Virus record (IMG/VR): IMGVR_UViG_3300042402_007915
Span: 64,001-128,000 of that record
Origin: a virus
Strand: one strand, 5' to 3'
Length of the DNA stretch: 64,000 nt
The translations under genes were made by a program, and so were the position numbers. Below, piece after piece: positions 52,085-61,688 of this stretch. Under the pieces are notes generated by a model that worked only from the letters and a program-made list of their open reading frames with translations, had not been told where the DNA came from and did not search any database. How positions within the stretch are numbered: position 1 is the stretch's first letter; every line of letters starts with the position of its first letter.

Positions 52085-54555
52085 GCATACTCCGATTCCT
52101 CCATAGCTTCTTCGGTGAAATCAATCTCGTCAAGATCCTCTAGAAATTGCTTAGCCTCACGACGAGCTGCTTCAATATTGACCTCACGAACAGTGACCGT
52201 AGTCTTATCCAAATCGAGGACGAGTTTGTTCTCTGGAGACTTGAACGAAGTAATCTTGTTCTTGCCGACAAGGATGAAGATACGCGGCTGCTTAACTCCG
52301 TCCTTATCTTTCCAGTACACAGTTGCATGCTCTCCACGGTCATGCAAGTCTTGATAGACATGCATGATTACGTTCGGCCTATAGATCATTGCACGGGCGT
52401 CAGCAATATCGTCGTTATCTGGGAACCGCATTTGCTCTGGGTTGAGCAGGCCGCCCTTTCTATACTCGACAGTGCCGAAGATACAGCAATGGTACTTAGT
52501 AGTCATATTCTTCAAGTCCGTAGCGATAGCCTCCATACGCGCAGTCTTTTCCTTCTCTGGGTAAGACGTTACGTTGTGGACGTTGTCAAGGATGACAAGA
52601 ATCTTCTTGTCTGGATACCTTGAGCGAAGTACACGCAACTGCCTCTCTAGAGGAGCAAGAGTAGAGCCATCTTCAGAGTCAATAATGACAAGCTTCTCGT
52701 TCTCAAGAAGCGAACGGAACATGTCTGTTGCTCTGTGATAAACCTCCCAGCAACGAGGATCAACAATATTCCGATAAGGATTTGCAGCCTGGTGAATCTT
52801 CAAAGGAACGTCTTTCGGACCAGCAAGGAACGCAGCAACGTTACAGAGAGCACGAGGAGCAACCTGAACATAAGAGTCGTCAGTAAAGTGAAATAGAACA
52901 ATAGTGTTCGGGTCGTGGACAGCAACATCCATACCCAAAGAAACAATAGTGGCGGTCTTGCCACTGTTAGCACGGCCACCCAAGAACATCAAGTTGCCGT
53001 CACAGGCGTTCATACCGCCAGAGAGAGCGGCACCGAACTCTCTGTAGAACGCAAACTGGAACTCAGTAAGGTTCTTATCGTTAACGGTAGACTTGCCTTC
53101 CTCCATACTATCGAAGCGAGTGACTTGGTAAGTAGTACCCGTACTTGCCTTGTCATAGTCCTTGTTAATGGCCTCTAGCTCAAGCTCATGACGAGCAAGA
53201 GCCGCAAGGATATTACCTGGATCTGTAGAAACATTGGCAATGTACTTCTTGGTAGCTGCTTCAATACGCTCATGACGCTCGCGTTCTTTACCGTCACGAA
53301 TAGTTGCAATGTCTTGCTGAATAGAAGTAACGCTAACGCCCGTATGCTCGGAGAGCTTAACTGAAAGAAGCTCCCTTCTAACTGCAACAGCTTCCGAAGC
53401 AATGAGCGGAATCATAATGGCGCAAGTATCTTCGTGTGTGGCTTTGTCTGAGATCCGTGAAAGCACCCACTCGAAGGCAGGGGTCATTGCTAGCCCCTGG
53501 AAGGGGCCAGAATCCATTTCATTGAGAGTTGAACAGAACTCCGAACAGTCCTTAGCCTCCGTAGTAGGAGCGTCTACAACGAAGCAGGACAAGCCAGGAG
53601 CGAACTTAATCTCGTTAAAGAGAATCTTCTGGATAGCAGCTTGGCCAGCAGGATCCCAATCCAAACAAAAGTAGACCTGTTTAATGCCCACAGACTTCAG
53701 TAGGTTAAGGTGTTGATTTGTGAATGCAACACCACAAATGCCTGCAACGTTATAGATACCTACTCGATGCAATGCAGCTACGTCTCCAGGACCTTCTACA
53801 ATGTAAAGACCATTCTGCTTAGCCTTACCAAGAGAAAGGGCCACATCTAATCCGAACAGAGTCTCCTTCTTATGATAGATGGCTGTCTCTGCTGAGTTGA
53901 TGTACTTGGGCTTACCCTCACCAAGGTTCCTTGAGATGAAAGCAACTGGCCGTCCACGTTCGTCATTGATCATAAACGAGAAAAAGTTCTCATCTACGAA
54001 TTTGAAGTCGTTACTCGATAGTGCTCTGGACTGAAGCAGGTAATTCCTTTCCCAGCCCTTCTCAAGAAGCTCAGACTCAATAATGGAGTAAGGCATTGTG
54101 CCCGCAACAATATGGGCGTCAGACCACTTACGAGTCTCTAGGTACTCTTCGTTCCTATTGTTAGAAAGAATGCCTGCAATATCTTCAAAGAGGCGGTATA
54201 GCTTATGCCTCTCTTTCTCTTCTTCGGTCAGTGCCGAGAAGGATAGATTGAAGCCAAACATACTTGCCAATGCAGGAAGCGTTTGCTCAAACAAATCGCT
54301 TCCAGTCTTTTCAATGCCATTGATTAACGCATAAGCGTCAAAGATGTCTAAGGAAGCTCCGCAAGCAAAGCAGTGAGCAACTTCATAATTCCGTCGAGGA
54401 TCCAAATGCATAGAAGGGCTACTATCGTCATGTGAAATACATTTGAATTTCTTCTTGGGGAAAGTCTTGAGATCAATCCCCACGATAGGCGAGAGGTACT
54501 CAGCCATCCTTGGACGGATGGAAGACATAGCCTCTGAAAAGTTGGTTATCCGCAT
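52081..54555 (-). CDS. DnaG-type primase fused to DnaB-like helicase
   Basis: CHC2 zinc finger CISHDD...CFACG, KYINS, TOPRIM VEGPGD and DWDPAG; Walker A GGRANSGKT, ILDN. Confidence 0.9.
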   Translation of the reverse strand: MRITNFSEAMSSIRPRMAEYLSPIVGIDLKTFPKKKFKCISHDDSSPSMHLDPRRNYEVAHCFACGASLDIFDAYALINGIEKTGSDLFEQTLPALASMFGFNLSFSALTEEEKERHKLYRLFEDIAGILSNNRNEEYLETRKWSDAHIVAGTMPYSIIESELLEKGWERNYLLQSRALSSNDFKFVDENFFSFMINDERGRPVAFISRNLGEGKPKYINSAETAIYHKKETLFGLDVALSLGKAKQNGLYIVEGPGDVAALHRVGIYNVAGICGVAFTNQHLNLLKSVGIKQVYFCLDWDPAGQAAIQKILFNEIKFAPGLSCFVVDAPTTEAKDCSEFCSTLNEMDSGPFQGLAMTPAFEWVLSRISDKATHEDTCAIMIPLIASEAVAVRRELLSVKLSEHTGVSVTSIQQDIATIRDGKERERHERIEAATKKYIANVSTDPGNILAALARHELELEAINKDYDKASTGTTYQVTRFDSMEEGKSTVNDKNLTEFQFAFYREFGAALSGGMNACDGNLMFLGGRANSGKTATIVSLGMDVAVHDPNTIVLFHFTDDSYVQVAPRALCNVAAFLAGPKDVPLKIHQAANPYRNIVDPRCWEVYHRATDMFRSLLENEKLVIIDSEDGSTLAPLERQLRVLRSRYPDKKILVILDNVHNVTSYPEKEKTARMEAIATDLKNMTTKYHCCIFGTVEYRKGGLLNPEQMRFPDNDDIADARAMIYRPNVIMHVYQDLHDRGEHATVYWKDKDGVKQPRIFILVGKNKITSFKSPENKLVLDLDKTTVTVREVNIEAARREAKQFLEDLDEIDFTEEAMEESEYA

Positions 54556-54564
54556 GTAGATCCT

Positions 54565-54879
54565 TTAGTTTGCGAAGATTAAAGTTGCTAAGTTAAACGT
54601 CTTCAATTCAATGTCCCAGAGGTGAGTTCCTGGGTTAAACATATGTTCTACAATGTCAATCTGTACCAACGCGCCTTCTTCGAACTTCTCCTTCTCTACG
54701 ATACAATTCAGATTAGAGTTCATAATCAGTTCGGACATCACATTCCCCACAGAAGCTGCATGCTGCATGTGGGTATAAGGGCCGAACGTACTAGTCTCTT
54801 CTTTGTTGGTTCTAACATGTAGGAAGAAGAAGGTCTCGGGTGGCGTATAGAGGTCCGCTACGTCTTCTAGTTGCTCCAA
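54565..54879 (-). CDS. Hypothetical protein
   Basis: TTG after AAGGAGGT. Confidence 0.65.
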   Translation of the reverse strand: MEQLEDVADLYTPPETFFFLHVRTNKEETSTFGPYTHMQHAASVGNVMSELIMNSNLNCIVEKEKFEEGALVQIDIVEHMFNPGTHLWDIELKTFNLATLIFAN

Positions 54880-54891
54880 TGTACCTCCTTT

Positions 54892-55977
54892 TTAGTTTAC
54901 CTTTGAGCAGGTCTTGGCAAAGTCGCAATAAGTGCAAGCAAAGTCTGCCACGCTTGGGGGCTTAATGTTGACCTTGGGAGGCAAACCTTCGGCGGCTCTT
55001 TCTTGGTTAAGCTTTACTCTAGCTGAGTAAGATTCCCATTGCTCTCGGTCTGCTTTACGAGTAAGGAGATCCCTTTCGTAAGCCTTGGACAAATCCTCAA
55101 TGGAATACTCGGCCTTGAAATCTCGAGGTGGAATAGTCTGCGAAGTAAGATGATCCGCAATATACTTGTATGCTTCAAGAATCTGGCCAATAGTAAAAGG
55201 CGCTTCGACCCATTTCCCCTTTGGGGACAGCGGCTTGTAGAAAACACGAGCTACGTGATCTTCGTCTGGTACCGTTCTAACAAGGTACTCAGCATGCATT
55301 CCAGTGCCACGGTCTCCATAGAGCAGGCGAGAGTCTCCCCAGTTCTGTGGGTCTGGCCAAGTAGTTTTAACATGCCAATCATACAAGGCAATCTGCATTA
55401 AGTTGCTGTCTTTGGGGGTGCCAAGGAGTCCCTTGTTGCGGTTAGCAACACTGCCCAAGGCCTTCTCGCCTCCACGACCATGAACAGACTTGCACTCAGC
55501 AATAGTAAGCAAACCGCTATCTGGATCGATAGCGACAAGGTCTAGCTTGCCACTAAGGTTGTACTCAGGAAGATAGACGGCACTTTGTGTTGTAACAAAG
55601 ATCCCAGTCAGCTTCGCCTGTTCAATAACATACTGCTCGTATAGCTCACCCTGGGCCCAAATGAATAACATCTCCTCTCGAGGTGATGCTTTCTCTTCAA
55701 CAAGCTGATGAGACAAAGCTCGTAGATCTGGGCTTAGGACCGAAGGTGAGTGGTTGTTTGTATCAACCAGTAGTCTGAAATAAGCTCTGCGTCGACAAGA
55801 CCCGAGAACCTCGGACTCGCCGTATTCATTTACTACGGCGGCCGAGGCTTCGGATGGCCATTGAGTAGGTGCTTTAGAGTCACCCATTTTAGGCCTTGTC
55901 AGAGCAAGTGTAATGTGTTCCAGGAGCGACCAGGAAGATTCGTTAGAATTAGTAGGCACAAGCTCTGAGGTGGCCAT
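54892..55977 (-). CDS. Cas4-like / RecB-family exonuclease with Fe-S cysteines
   Basis: SCRRRAYF, SGKLD, ECKS, QIALY, CTYCDFAKTC. Confidence 0.82.
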   Translation of the reverse strand: MATSELVPTNSNESSWSLLEHITLALTRPKMGDSKAPTQWPSEASAAVVNEYGESEVLGSCRRRAYFRLLVDTNNHSPSVLSPDLRALSHQLVEEKASPREEMLFIWAQGELYEQYVIEQAKLTGIFVTTQSAVYLPEYNLSGKLDLVAIDPDSGLLTIAECKSVHGRGGEKALGSVANRNKGLLGTPKDSNLMQIALYDWHVKTTWPDPQNWGDSRLLYGDRGTGMHAEYLVRTVPDEDHVARVFYKPLSPKGKWVEAPFTIGQILEAYKYIADHLTSQTIPPRDFKAEYSIEDLSKAYERDLLTRKADREQWESYSARVKLNQERAAEGLPPKVNIKPPSVADFACTYCDFAKTCSKVN

Positions 55978-55979
55978 TC

Positions 55980-56222
55980 TTAATCGTCCGCCATCTTAAC
56001 GGCTTCGGCTCTGACCTTGGACTGAAGGGCTTTCATCTCTGCAATCCGTTCATTTCGGTATGCTTCGAATTCAATTTCAAGTGCAGCTTGGCCCTCTGGA
56101 GTATCAGCTCCAGGAAGCTTCTGTACTAGAAACTCTGCTAGTAGACCGAGGCTTGTAAGCTCTCGAGTGATTAGCTTGACTCTCTCATCTAAAGAAACAA
56201 TAACCTTATACAGTTCATCCAT
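55980..56222 (-). CDS. Small helical protein
   Basis: AGGAG RBS, 80 aa. Confidence 0.6.
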   Translation of the reverse strand: MDELYKVIVSLDERVKLITRELTSLGLLAEFLVQKLPGADTPEGQAALEIEFEAYRNERIAEMKALQSKVRAEAVKMADD

Positions 56223-56234
56223 ATTTAGCTCCTG

Positions 56235-57521
56235 TTAAAATGCTTTCTTGGGTGGGTTTGAAGATCCAAGCGCGTATACGTTGGAGAAGTTGCGAAGAGT
56301 ATTTCCCTGTGCGTCTTGCCATAGAACAGCATAGCCATTCTGTGAACCGCCGCTATAGGAAAGATGAGGAGTATGTGCGTAATGCATAGGTCCAGCAAAG
56401 CAACCCTGCTCCATGATCAAGAGCCTGTCGTAAACGAACTTAGAAATCTTGTGGGTGTGTCCGATAACAACAGTATCAATTTCCTCTTCGGGATACCTTG
56501 AGCTAAAATAGTTGGCGGTCTTGTGTGCCAAGCTTGCAATGCCGCCCGAACCCCTGGTGTGAGGATGGGCAAAGATTGCTTTACCTACCTTACAGTACCA
56601 AGAATCTCGAAGGTCGAAATGCACGTTGTCGAAGTCATGCTTCTTAACAAGCTTCCCAGCAGCATTGATCTCTTCACCATTTGCAATACGCCCAAGAGCA
56701 GAAGGATTGAAATAGCTTACCGTATTCTTGTTGATACCGTTCTCAGAGAGTACACGCGCAACGCGGCTTTCGTGATTACCCTCGGTAAGAATAACCTTCT
56801 CAAAGTTCTCGCTGCACCACTTCACAAGAGCAAAAGCGCAACGGTATTCATCTACAATAGTAATCTCACGACTCTTCGAATAAGAAGAAGCAGAGTATCC
56901 CTCAAGGATATCTCCATTCAAGACGAGAACACTAGCGTCTGTATGGAGGGAAAGAGTCTCCTCAAGGAGATCTACCCTTGCAAACGGGAAGTGAATATCT
57001 GAAACGGAGACAATCTTGCGAACAGGTTCTCCTGTCTCATCCCCAATGGTTACCATTGGGTTGGGGTACTTGTTCTGAATGGTCTCGATCAGATCGAATG
57101 CGTTGGTTTCTGACAATGGCGACTCCTTCTTCGAAGGCTCAGTAGACGTAGCAACTACCGGGGTGGGAATAGGAGTCTTCTTCGTAGGAATGAAGACTCT
57201 GCTCGGGCCCTTAAACTGGGCAATGCGATTACCAGCCCTGTTAACGGGGAACGTATAGTTGGCAGTGTTTCGAATAGCCTCTACAAAGTAGGGGTCATTT
57301 CTATGACGGCTATACCAACGAGAGATTGCCTTCTCAGAACGCTGGCTTCCAATAGCACGCAGAGCAGCTACGGCCTTGTCCATCGGCTGGTTTTCATCTC
57401 CAGTGCCAGCAAGACCAAAGCCATACCAGCCCCTTTCCCAGACCTTATACTTCTCTGCGATGAGCATAACAGCAAAGGCCTCGTCATCTGACCAAGGATC
57501 GCCGAATTGATGTTTGTTCAT
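56235..57521 (-). CDS. Calcineurin-like metallophosphoesterase with N-terminal extension
   Basis: SDIH, NGD, GNHE, HPH, GHTH motifs. Confidence 0.88.
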   Translation of the reverse strand: MNKHQFGDPWSDDEAFAVMLIAEKYKVWERGWYGFGLAGTGDENQPMDKAVAALRAIGSQRSEKAISRWYSRHRNDPYFVEAIRNTANYTFPVNRAGNRIAQFKGPSRVFIPTKKTPIPTPVVATSTEPSKKESPLSETNAFDLIETIQNKYPNPMVTIGDETGEPVRKIVSVSDIHFPFARVDLLEETLSLHTDASVLVLNGDILEGYSASSYSKSREITIVDEYRCAFALVKWCSENFEKVILTEGNHESRVARVLSENGINKNTVSYFNPSALGRIANGEEINAAGKLVKKHDFDNVHFDLRDSWYCKVGKAIFAHPHTRGSGGIASLAHKTANYFSSRYPEEEIDTVVIGHTHKISKFVYDRLLIMEQGCFAGPMHYAHTPHLSYSGGSQNGYAVLWQDAQGNTLRNFSNVYALGSSNPPKKAF

Positions 57522-59974
57522 TGTTTACCTCCATAGATTGTTATTTCTCTAGCAAGGATTTCAGCAGTTTGGTTCTCTTCGTCTTCGTCAGAGTCTGACG
57601 ACTTGATGAGGCCCGAGACCTTTAAGATCATCCCAGATTCTAGTTTTACGTTTGGGTACTTAGCTTCTAGCTTCTTTACGCCTTCTGCGAAAATCAGTAC
57701 TGTGGCAAAAGACGTGCCGTCTTCGATTTCAATAAGACCCATGCGACTACCCTTCTTTGTAGTCTTAATCTTTGCTGATACAATTGCGCCCGCAAAAATA
57801 CCTCTATCGTCAGGTCTTGCATTGATCAAGAATTCTGCTTCTGGGTAGATAGTGTGGGCCGGATGTTTGCCTAAGTAGCAGCCAATAGCTTGTCCCTGTT
57901 CAAGCTGTTCCTTGAGAGAAAGCTGAGCGTTATAAGGCCTAACTGGGAAGGTAATGAAATGCGGCATCTCTTTATGTTTAAGCTCTGGCTTGCGTCTGAG
58001 GTCCTTATGTTCTTCGAGGAAGGTTTCTTCTTCGAGAGTAAGAGGCGCGGCTTTCTTTAGCGACTTTTGATGCCGAAGCTTGTCGCGTCTTTCAATGAGT
58101 GGCAATACGATAGCCATCTCTTTGTCTCTCTCAAGGATCTCAGCTTCTCTTTCATGATAGGCAATCAGATCAGGCTTGTAAGCAAAGATCAGCTCCATCA
58201 TCTCTAACAAGTGTTCTCTGTAATGACCGAAGCAATCCATAGCCCCACTCTGTACAAGAGCAGTGAAAACCTTAGTGTTCATTTTAGTCTGGTTTGTTCT
58301 GTTCATGAAATCTTGAAGGTCTTCAAATGGCTTAGATCCTCGGATCTTTAAGATGTGGCTGACTGCAGAGCCGCCAACATTCTTGATTCCATTCAAACCA
58401 AACCTAATACATGTTGGATTGATAATCTCAAAATGGTTTCCTGACTCGTTGATGTCTGGGCAAAGCACGTCAATATCAAACTGACGCGCTTCATCAATGT
58501 ACTCCATCACTTTAACACGCCACATCTTTGGCGACATCATTCTAGATCCAACAGACATCAGAGCACAGAAGTACTCAACGGTGTGGTTCGCCTTCAGGTA
58601 GGCACACACATAAGACAAGTACGAATAGGCAACGGAATGGGAGGCATTGAACAAGTAGTCCGCACAACCAATGATAATGTCCCACAAACGGGAGACTTGC
58701 GCTTCAGAAAGGCCGTACTTCGCACAACCAGCAAAGAACAGAGGCTGTAGCTTCTCTAGGTACTTCTTGTCCTTCTTACCTACAGCCCTTCTTGCAGTAT
58801 CGGCGTCCTGGAGAGAAAGGCCTGCAACTTCAGTGAAGAGCTTAATGAGCTGCTCTTGGTAAACAAGAACGCGCCTAGTATTACTCCACATATCTGCGAT
58901 AACCGCAGGAATTTCAGGATCGGATTCTCTATTCAAGTAACGATCTAAGAAGCCTGCCGACATTGGACCTGGACGTACAAGCGCCGAAATGTCCGAAAGC
59001 TCAGCAACGCTTGTTGGTTTAGCTTTCATTACGGCATCTCCAATAAGAGATGAGGTCTCGAACTGAAAGACGCCGGTAAGCAGCCCACGAGCAAAGAGAG
59101 CGTAAGTCCTCTTGTCGTTGTCAGGGATGTTGTAGATGTCGATAGAGAGGCCCTTACGCTTTTGTATAAGTTCAACAGCTACCTGGAGTACGTCCAAGGT
59201 CTTAATGATCAAGAAGTCGTACTTGATTAAACCAAGCGCCTCAACTTCCTTCATATCAAACTGGGTAACCCGAAGCTTATCTGCAGTCGTATAAGTCGGC
59301 GCCACTAAATGTACAGGGAAATCTGAAATGATCATACCAGCAGGATGAACACCATTATTCGAAATCATACCATCTAGGTTGTAAGTGAAATCGAACCACT
59401 CAGAATACTTGGCGTCTTCTAGTAACTCAGGATGTGCAGGATATCCCTTCTCCGGGTTCCCCTTGACAACTTCCTTAAGGGTTGGCTCTTTACCAAACAA
59501 AGGGTCAGGAATCTTTGCAAGGATTTCATTTCGAACAGCAAGATGAGAGTCCTTGGCTTTGTCTCCAAGTTCTTTGTCTGGCATCCAGATAGAGAAATAT
59601 CTTTGAGTTAAAGAGCGAGGCCCAAACTTACCGTGAGTACCAATGTTGGCGACGTTATCGATGCCCCAAAGGTTGACAATGTGGTCAATGAGCTTTGTCC
59701 GACCACTCTCGGAAAAGTCCATATCGATGTCTGGAGCTGCTCCACCGATAGTGTCACTTCGTCCTTGCTGAAAATCAAAATCATCAGTTAGCCCCAAAGT
59801 AAATAAGAGTAAACTGTTGCGCTCGTTAACCTTAAAGAATAGACTCTTCTCTAAACAAAAGAGTAATCTCTCGACGTCTGCTTCTGTGGTAAATTCGAGT
59901 TCGTAATCTAGAAAGTCTTTATCCACAAGAGCGACTCGTTCCTCTAGCAGCGAAGAACGTATCTTCTCTTTCAT
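57518..59974 (-). CDS. dnaE: DNA polymerase III alpha (family C) lacking the PHP domain
   Basis: PDIDMDF, HPAGMII, GLIKYDFL, GVFQFE, RPGP, YQEQ, FNASHSVAY, YLKAN, IRFGLNGIKNVG, C-terminal OB fold; ATG 59974 after AAGGAGGT. Confidence 0.92.
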   Translation of the reverse strand: MKEKIRSSLLEERVALVDKDFLDYELEFTTEADVERLLFCLEKSLFFKVNERNSLLLFTLGLTDDFDFQQGRSDTIGGAAPDIDMDFSESGRTKLIDHIVNLWGIDNVANIGTHGKFGPRSLTQRYFSIWMPDKELGDKAKDSHLAVRNEILAKIPDPLFGKEPTLKEVVKGNPEKGYPAHPELLEDAKYSEWFDFTYNLDGMISNNGVHPAGMIISDFPVHLVAPTYTTADKLRVTQFDMKEVEALGLIKYDFLIIKTLDVLQVAVELIQKRKGLSIDIYNIPDNDKRTYALFARGLLTGVFQFETSSLIGDAVMKAKPTSVAELSDISALVRPGPMSAGFLDRYLNRESDPEIPAVIADMWSNTRRVLVYQEQLIKLFTEVAGLSLQDADTARRAVGKKDKKYLEKLQPLFFAGCAKYGLSEAQVSRLWDIIIGCADYLFNASHSVAYSYLSYVCAYLKANHTVEYFCALMSVGSRMMSPKMWRVKVMEYIDEARQFDIDVLCPDINESGNHFEIINPTCIRFGLNGIKNVGGSAVSHILKIRGSKPFEDLQDFMNRTNQTKMNTKVFTALVQSGAMDCFGHYREHLLEMMELIFAYKPDLIAYHEREAEILERDKEMAIVLPLIERRDKLRHQKSLKKAAPLTLEEETFLEEHKDLRRKPELKHKEMPHFITFPVRPYNAQLSLKEQLEQGQAIGCYLGKHPAHTIYPEAEFLINARPDDRGIFAGAIVSAKIKTTKKGSRMGLIEIEDGTSFATVLIFAEGVKKLEAKYPNVKLESGMILKVSGLIKSSDSDEDEENQTAEILAREITIYGGKQ

Positions 59975-60020
59975 GCAACCTCCTTGGGGGAAAATGTCTG
60001 CCCATACCGAAATTTCATCT
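59899..60020 (+). repeat. Left copy of imperfect direct repeat flanking the methyltransferase
   Basis: GTTCGTAA..AAAGTCTTTATCCACAAGAGCGACTCG..TCCTTGGGGGAAAATG; core 59912-59938 is 24/27 identical to 61615-61641. Confidence 0.75.
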
Positions 60021-61589
60021 TCAGAGCTGCCAGTTTTGCCTGACGATGCTCGAGTCCTTCGCAAGCTGCGTCGTATTCAAGACGGTGGCGAGATTAGGTA
60101 TGCAGATATTTTTGCTGGGTGTGGTGGTATTTCTCTTGGTTTCTTGACAGCTGGGTTCAAGCCGGTCGGATCTATTGAGTGTGACCCCTGGGCAGCCAAG
60201 TCACACGGAACAAACTTTGGACCCCATTCTGCAGGGGCTGATCGTCCGGCACTTCATATCCCACGCGATGCTGTTACTGAAACCGCTGAAAGCTTTTTTG
60301 CTGACCTCGGGATTAGTGGCGAGACAGAAGATCAAATAGATGTATTGGTTGGCGGCCCACCTTGCCAAGCATTCGCTCGTGTCGGCAGAGCCAAGCTTCG
60401 AGAGCAAGCTCGCCTTCGAGATGAAGTCACAGCGGACCAAGCCTTTCTTGTAGATGGACGTGTAAACCTTTGGGAGCGTTATGTTGCATTCATTAGGGCT
60501 ACAAAGCCAGTAGCTCTTCTTATGGAAAATGTCCCAGATATCCTGAATCATGGTGGGGCTAATGTTGCAGAGCTTGTAGCCAAAAGCCTTGAGAAGGAAG
60601 GGTATGACGTTGTATACACTCTGCTAAACGCTGCTTGGTATGGCGTACCGCAGATAAGAGAACGGATGATACTTGTCGGCTTTCACAAGGCAACAGGTAT
60701 CAGGCCTCGATTCCCAACACCTACGCACTACCTTGATTTGCCGTCTGGTTATGTCTCTCTAAGGAATACTGCACGCCGAGTAATCAAGAGCGAAGGCTCA
60801 GATTATCACCGCTGGGTAGATGGGCCTTCAAGCTTAGCAATGCCTGCAACTTCCGCTGCCGATGCTTTAGCTGACCTTCCGGTCTTCTGTGCGCAAGATC
60901 TTTTACACTCTGGCAAGTTGCGTCGTGGCCCTAAAGATTTATCCGAACAGATTGATTACACAACAAACGAACCAGCTACTTCCTACTCTAGGTTAATGAG
61001 GGAATGGTTCGGGTTTGCAACGAAAGCGGCGACTAGCCATGTCTTCCGCTACTTACCACGAGACTACAAAATCTTCGCTGAAATGAGAGCCGGGTGGGAG
61101 TACCCAGCGATTCATGCTCATGTAGAGCACAAAATTACAGAGTGGCTAGCTGAACGTAAACGCTGTGGTCTCTCTACCGACCTCTCAGATCCTGAAGTGA
61201 ACAGCTTTGTTACGAGTTGGCGTCTATCCTCTGATCCCCACAAGTTCCCAAACAAGTGGTGGAAGATGGAAGCCAACAAACCCGTACGAACTTTGATGGC
61301 TCACCTTGGGAAAGACTCCTACTCACACATTCACTTTGACTCTGAGCAAGCTCGGACTATCACAGTCCGTGAGGCGGCTCGGCTTCAGTCTTTCCCTGAT
61401 GGATTTGTATTTGAAGGCTCAATGAATCCTGCGTTTAAGCAAATTGGTAACGCTGTGCCGCCGTTATTTGCTTACGCTATTGCACGAGCGATGCTAGAAT
61501 GCTTAGCAGCCCCTACTGTTCCCGACATGCGGGTTGAGTTGCTTGGGTTATCCGCTTCGCAGATTACGACAACTCGGGGAACTCCATGA
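59994..61589 (+). CDS. dcm: DNA (cytosine-5) methyltransferase
   Basis: FAGCGG (I), GGPPCQ (IV), ENV (VI), PQIRER (VIII), REAARLQSFPD (IX), QIGNAVPP (X); start probably ATG 59994. Confidence 0.93.
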   Translation: MSAHTEISSSELPVLPDDARVLRKLRRIQDGGEIRYADIFAGCGGISLGFLTAGFKPVGSIECDPWAAKSHGTNFGPHSAGADRPALHIPRDAVTETAESFFADLGISGETEDQIDVLVGGPPCQAFARVGRAKLREQARLRDEVTADQAFLVDGRVNLWERYVAFIRATKPVALLMENVPDILNHGGANVAELVAKSLEKEGYDVVYTLLNAAWYGVPQIRERMILVGFHKATGIRPRFPTPTHYLDLPSGYVSLRNTARRVIKSEGSDYHRWVDGPSSLAMPATSAADALADLPVFCAQDLLHSGKLRRGPKDLSEQIDYTTNEPATSYSRLMREWFGFATKAATSHVFRYLPRDYKIFAEMRAGWEYPAIHAHVEHKITEWLAERKRCGLSTDLSDPEVNSFVTSWRLSSDPHKFPNKWWKMEANKPVRTLMAHLGKDSYSHIHFDSEQARTITVREAARLQSFPDGFVFEGSMNPAFKQIGNAVPPLFAYAIARAMLECLAAPTVPDMRVELLGLSASQITTTRGTP

Positions 61590-61590
61590 T

Positions 61591-61688
61591 GTTCGTAAGC
61601 ACTGCAACACTTAAAAAGTCTTTACTCGCAAGAGCGACTCGCTCTTATCCTTGGGGGGAAAATGGCTACATACACTCGAATCTCCTCT
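61591..61688 (+). repeat. Right copy of imperfect direct repeat; contains palindrome AAGAGCGA-C-TCGCTCTT
   Basis: GTTCGTAA..AAAGTCTTTACTCGCAAGAGCGACTCG..TCCTTGGGGGGAAAATG. Confidence 0.75.

Noticed and set aside
54892-55977. Cas4-like gene as evidence of a CRISPR-Cas locus
   Set aside because: No array or other cas genes; solo Cas4-like nucleases are common in phage replication modules
51224-59974. Inteins or introns in thyX, primase-helicase or dnaE
   Set aside because: No C/S...HN-C/S/T splice motifs, LAGLIDADG motifs or frame breaks seen
59973-60064. Longer overlapping starts for dnaE (60064) and the MTase (59973)
   Set aside because: RBS positions support 59974 (minus) and 59994 (plus)
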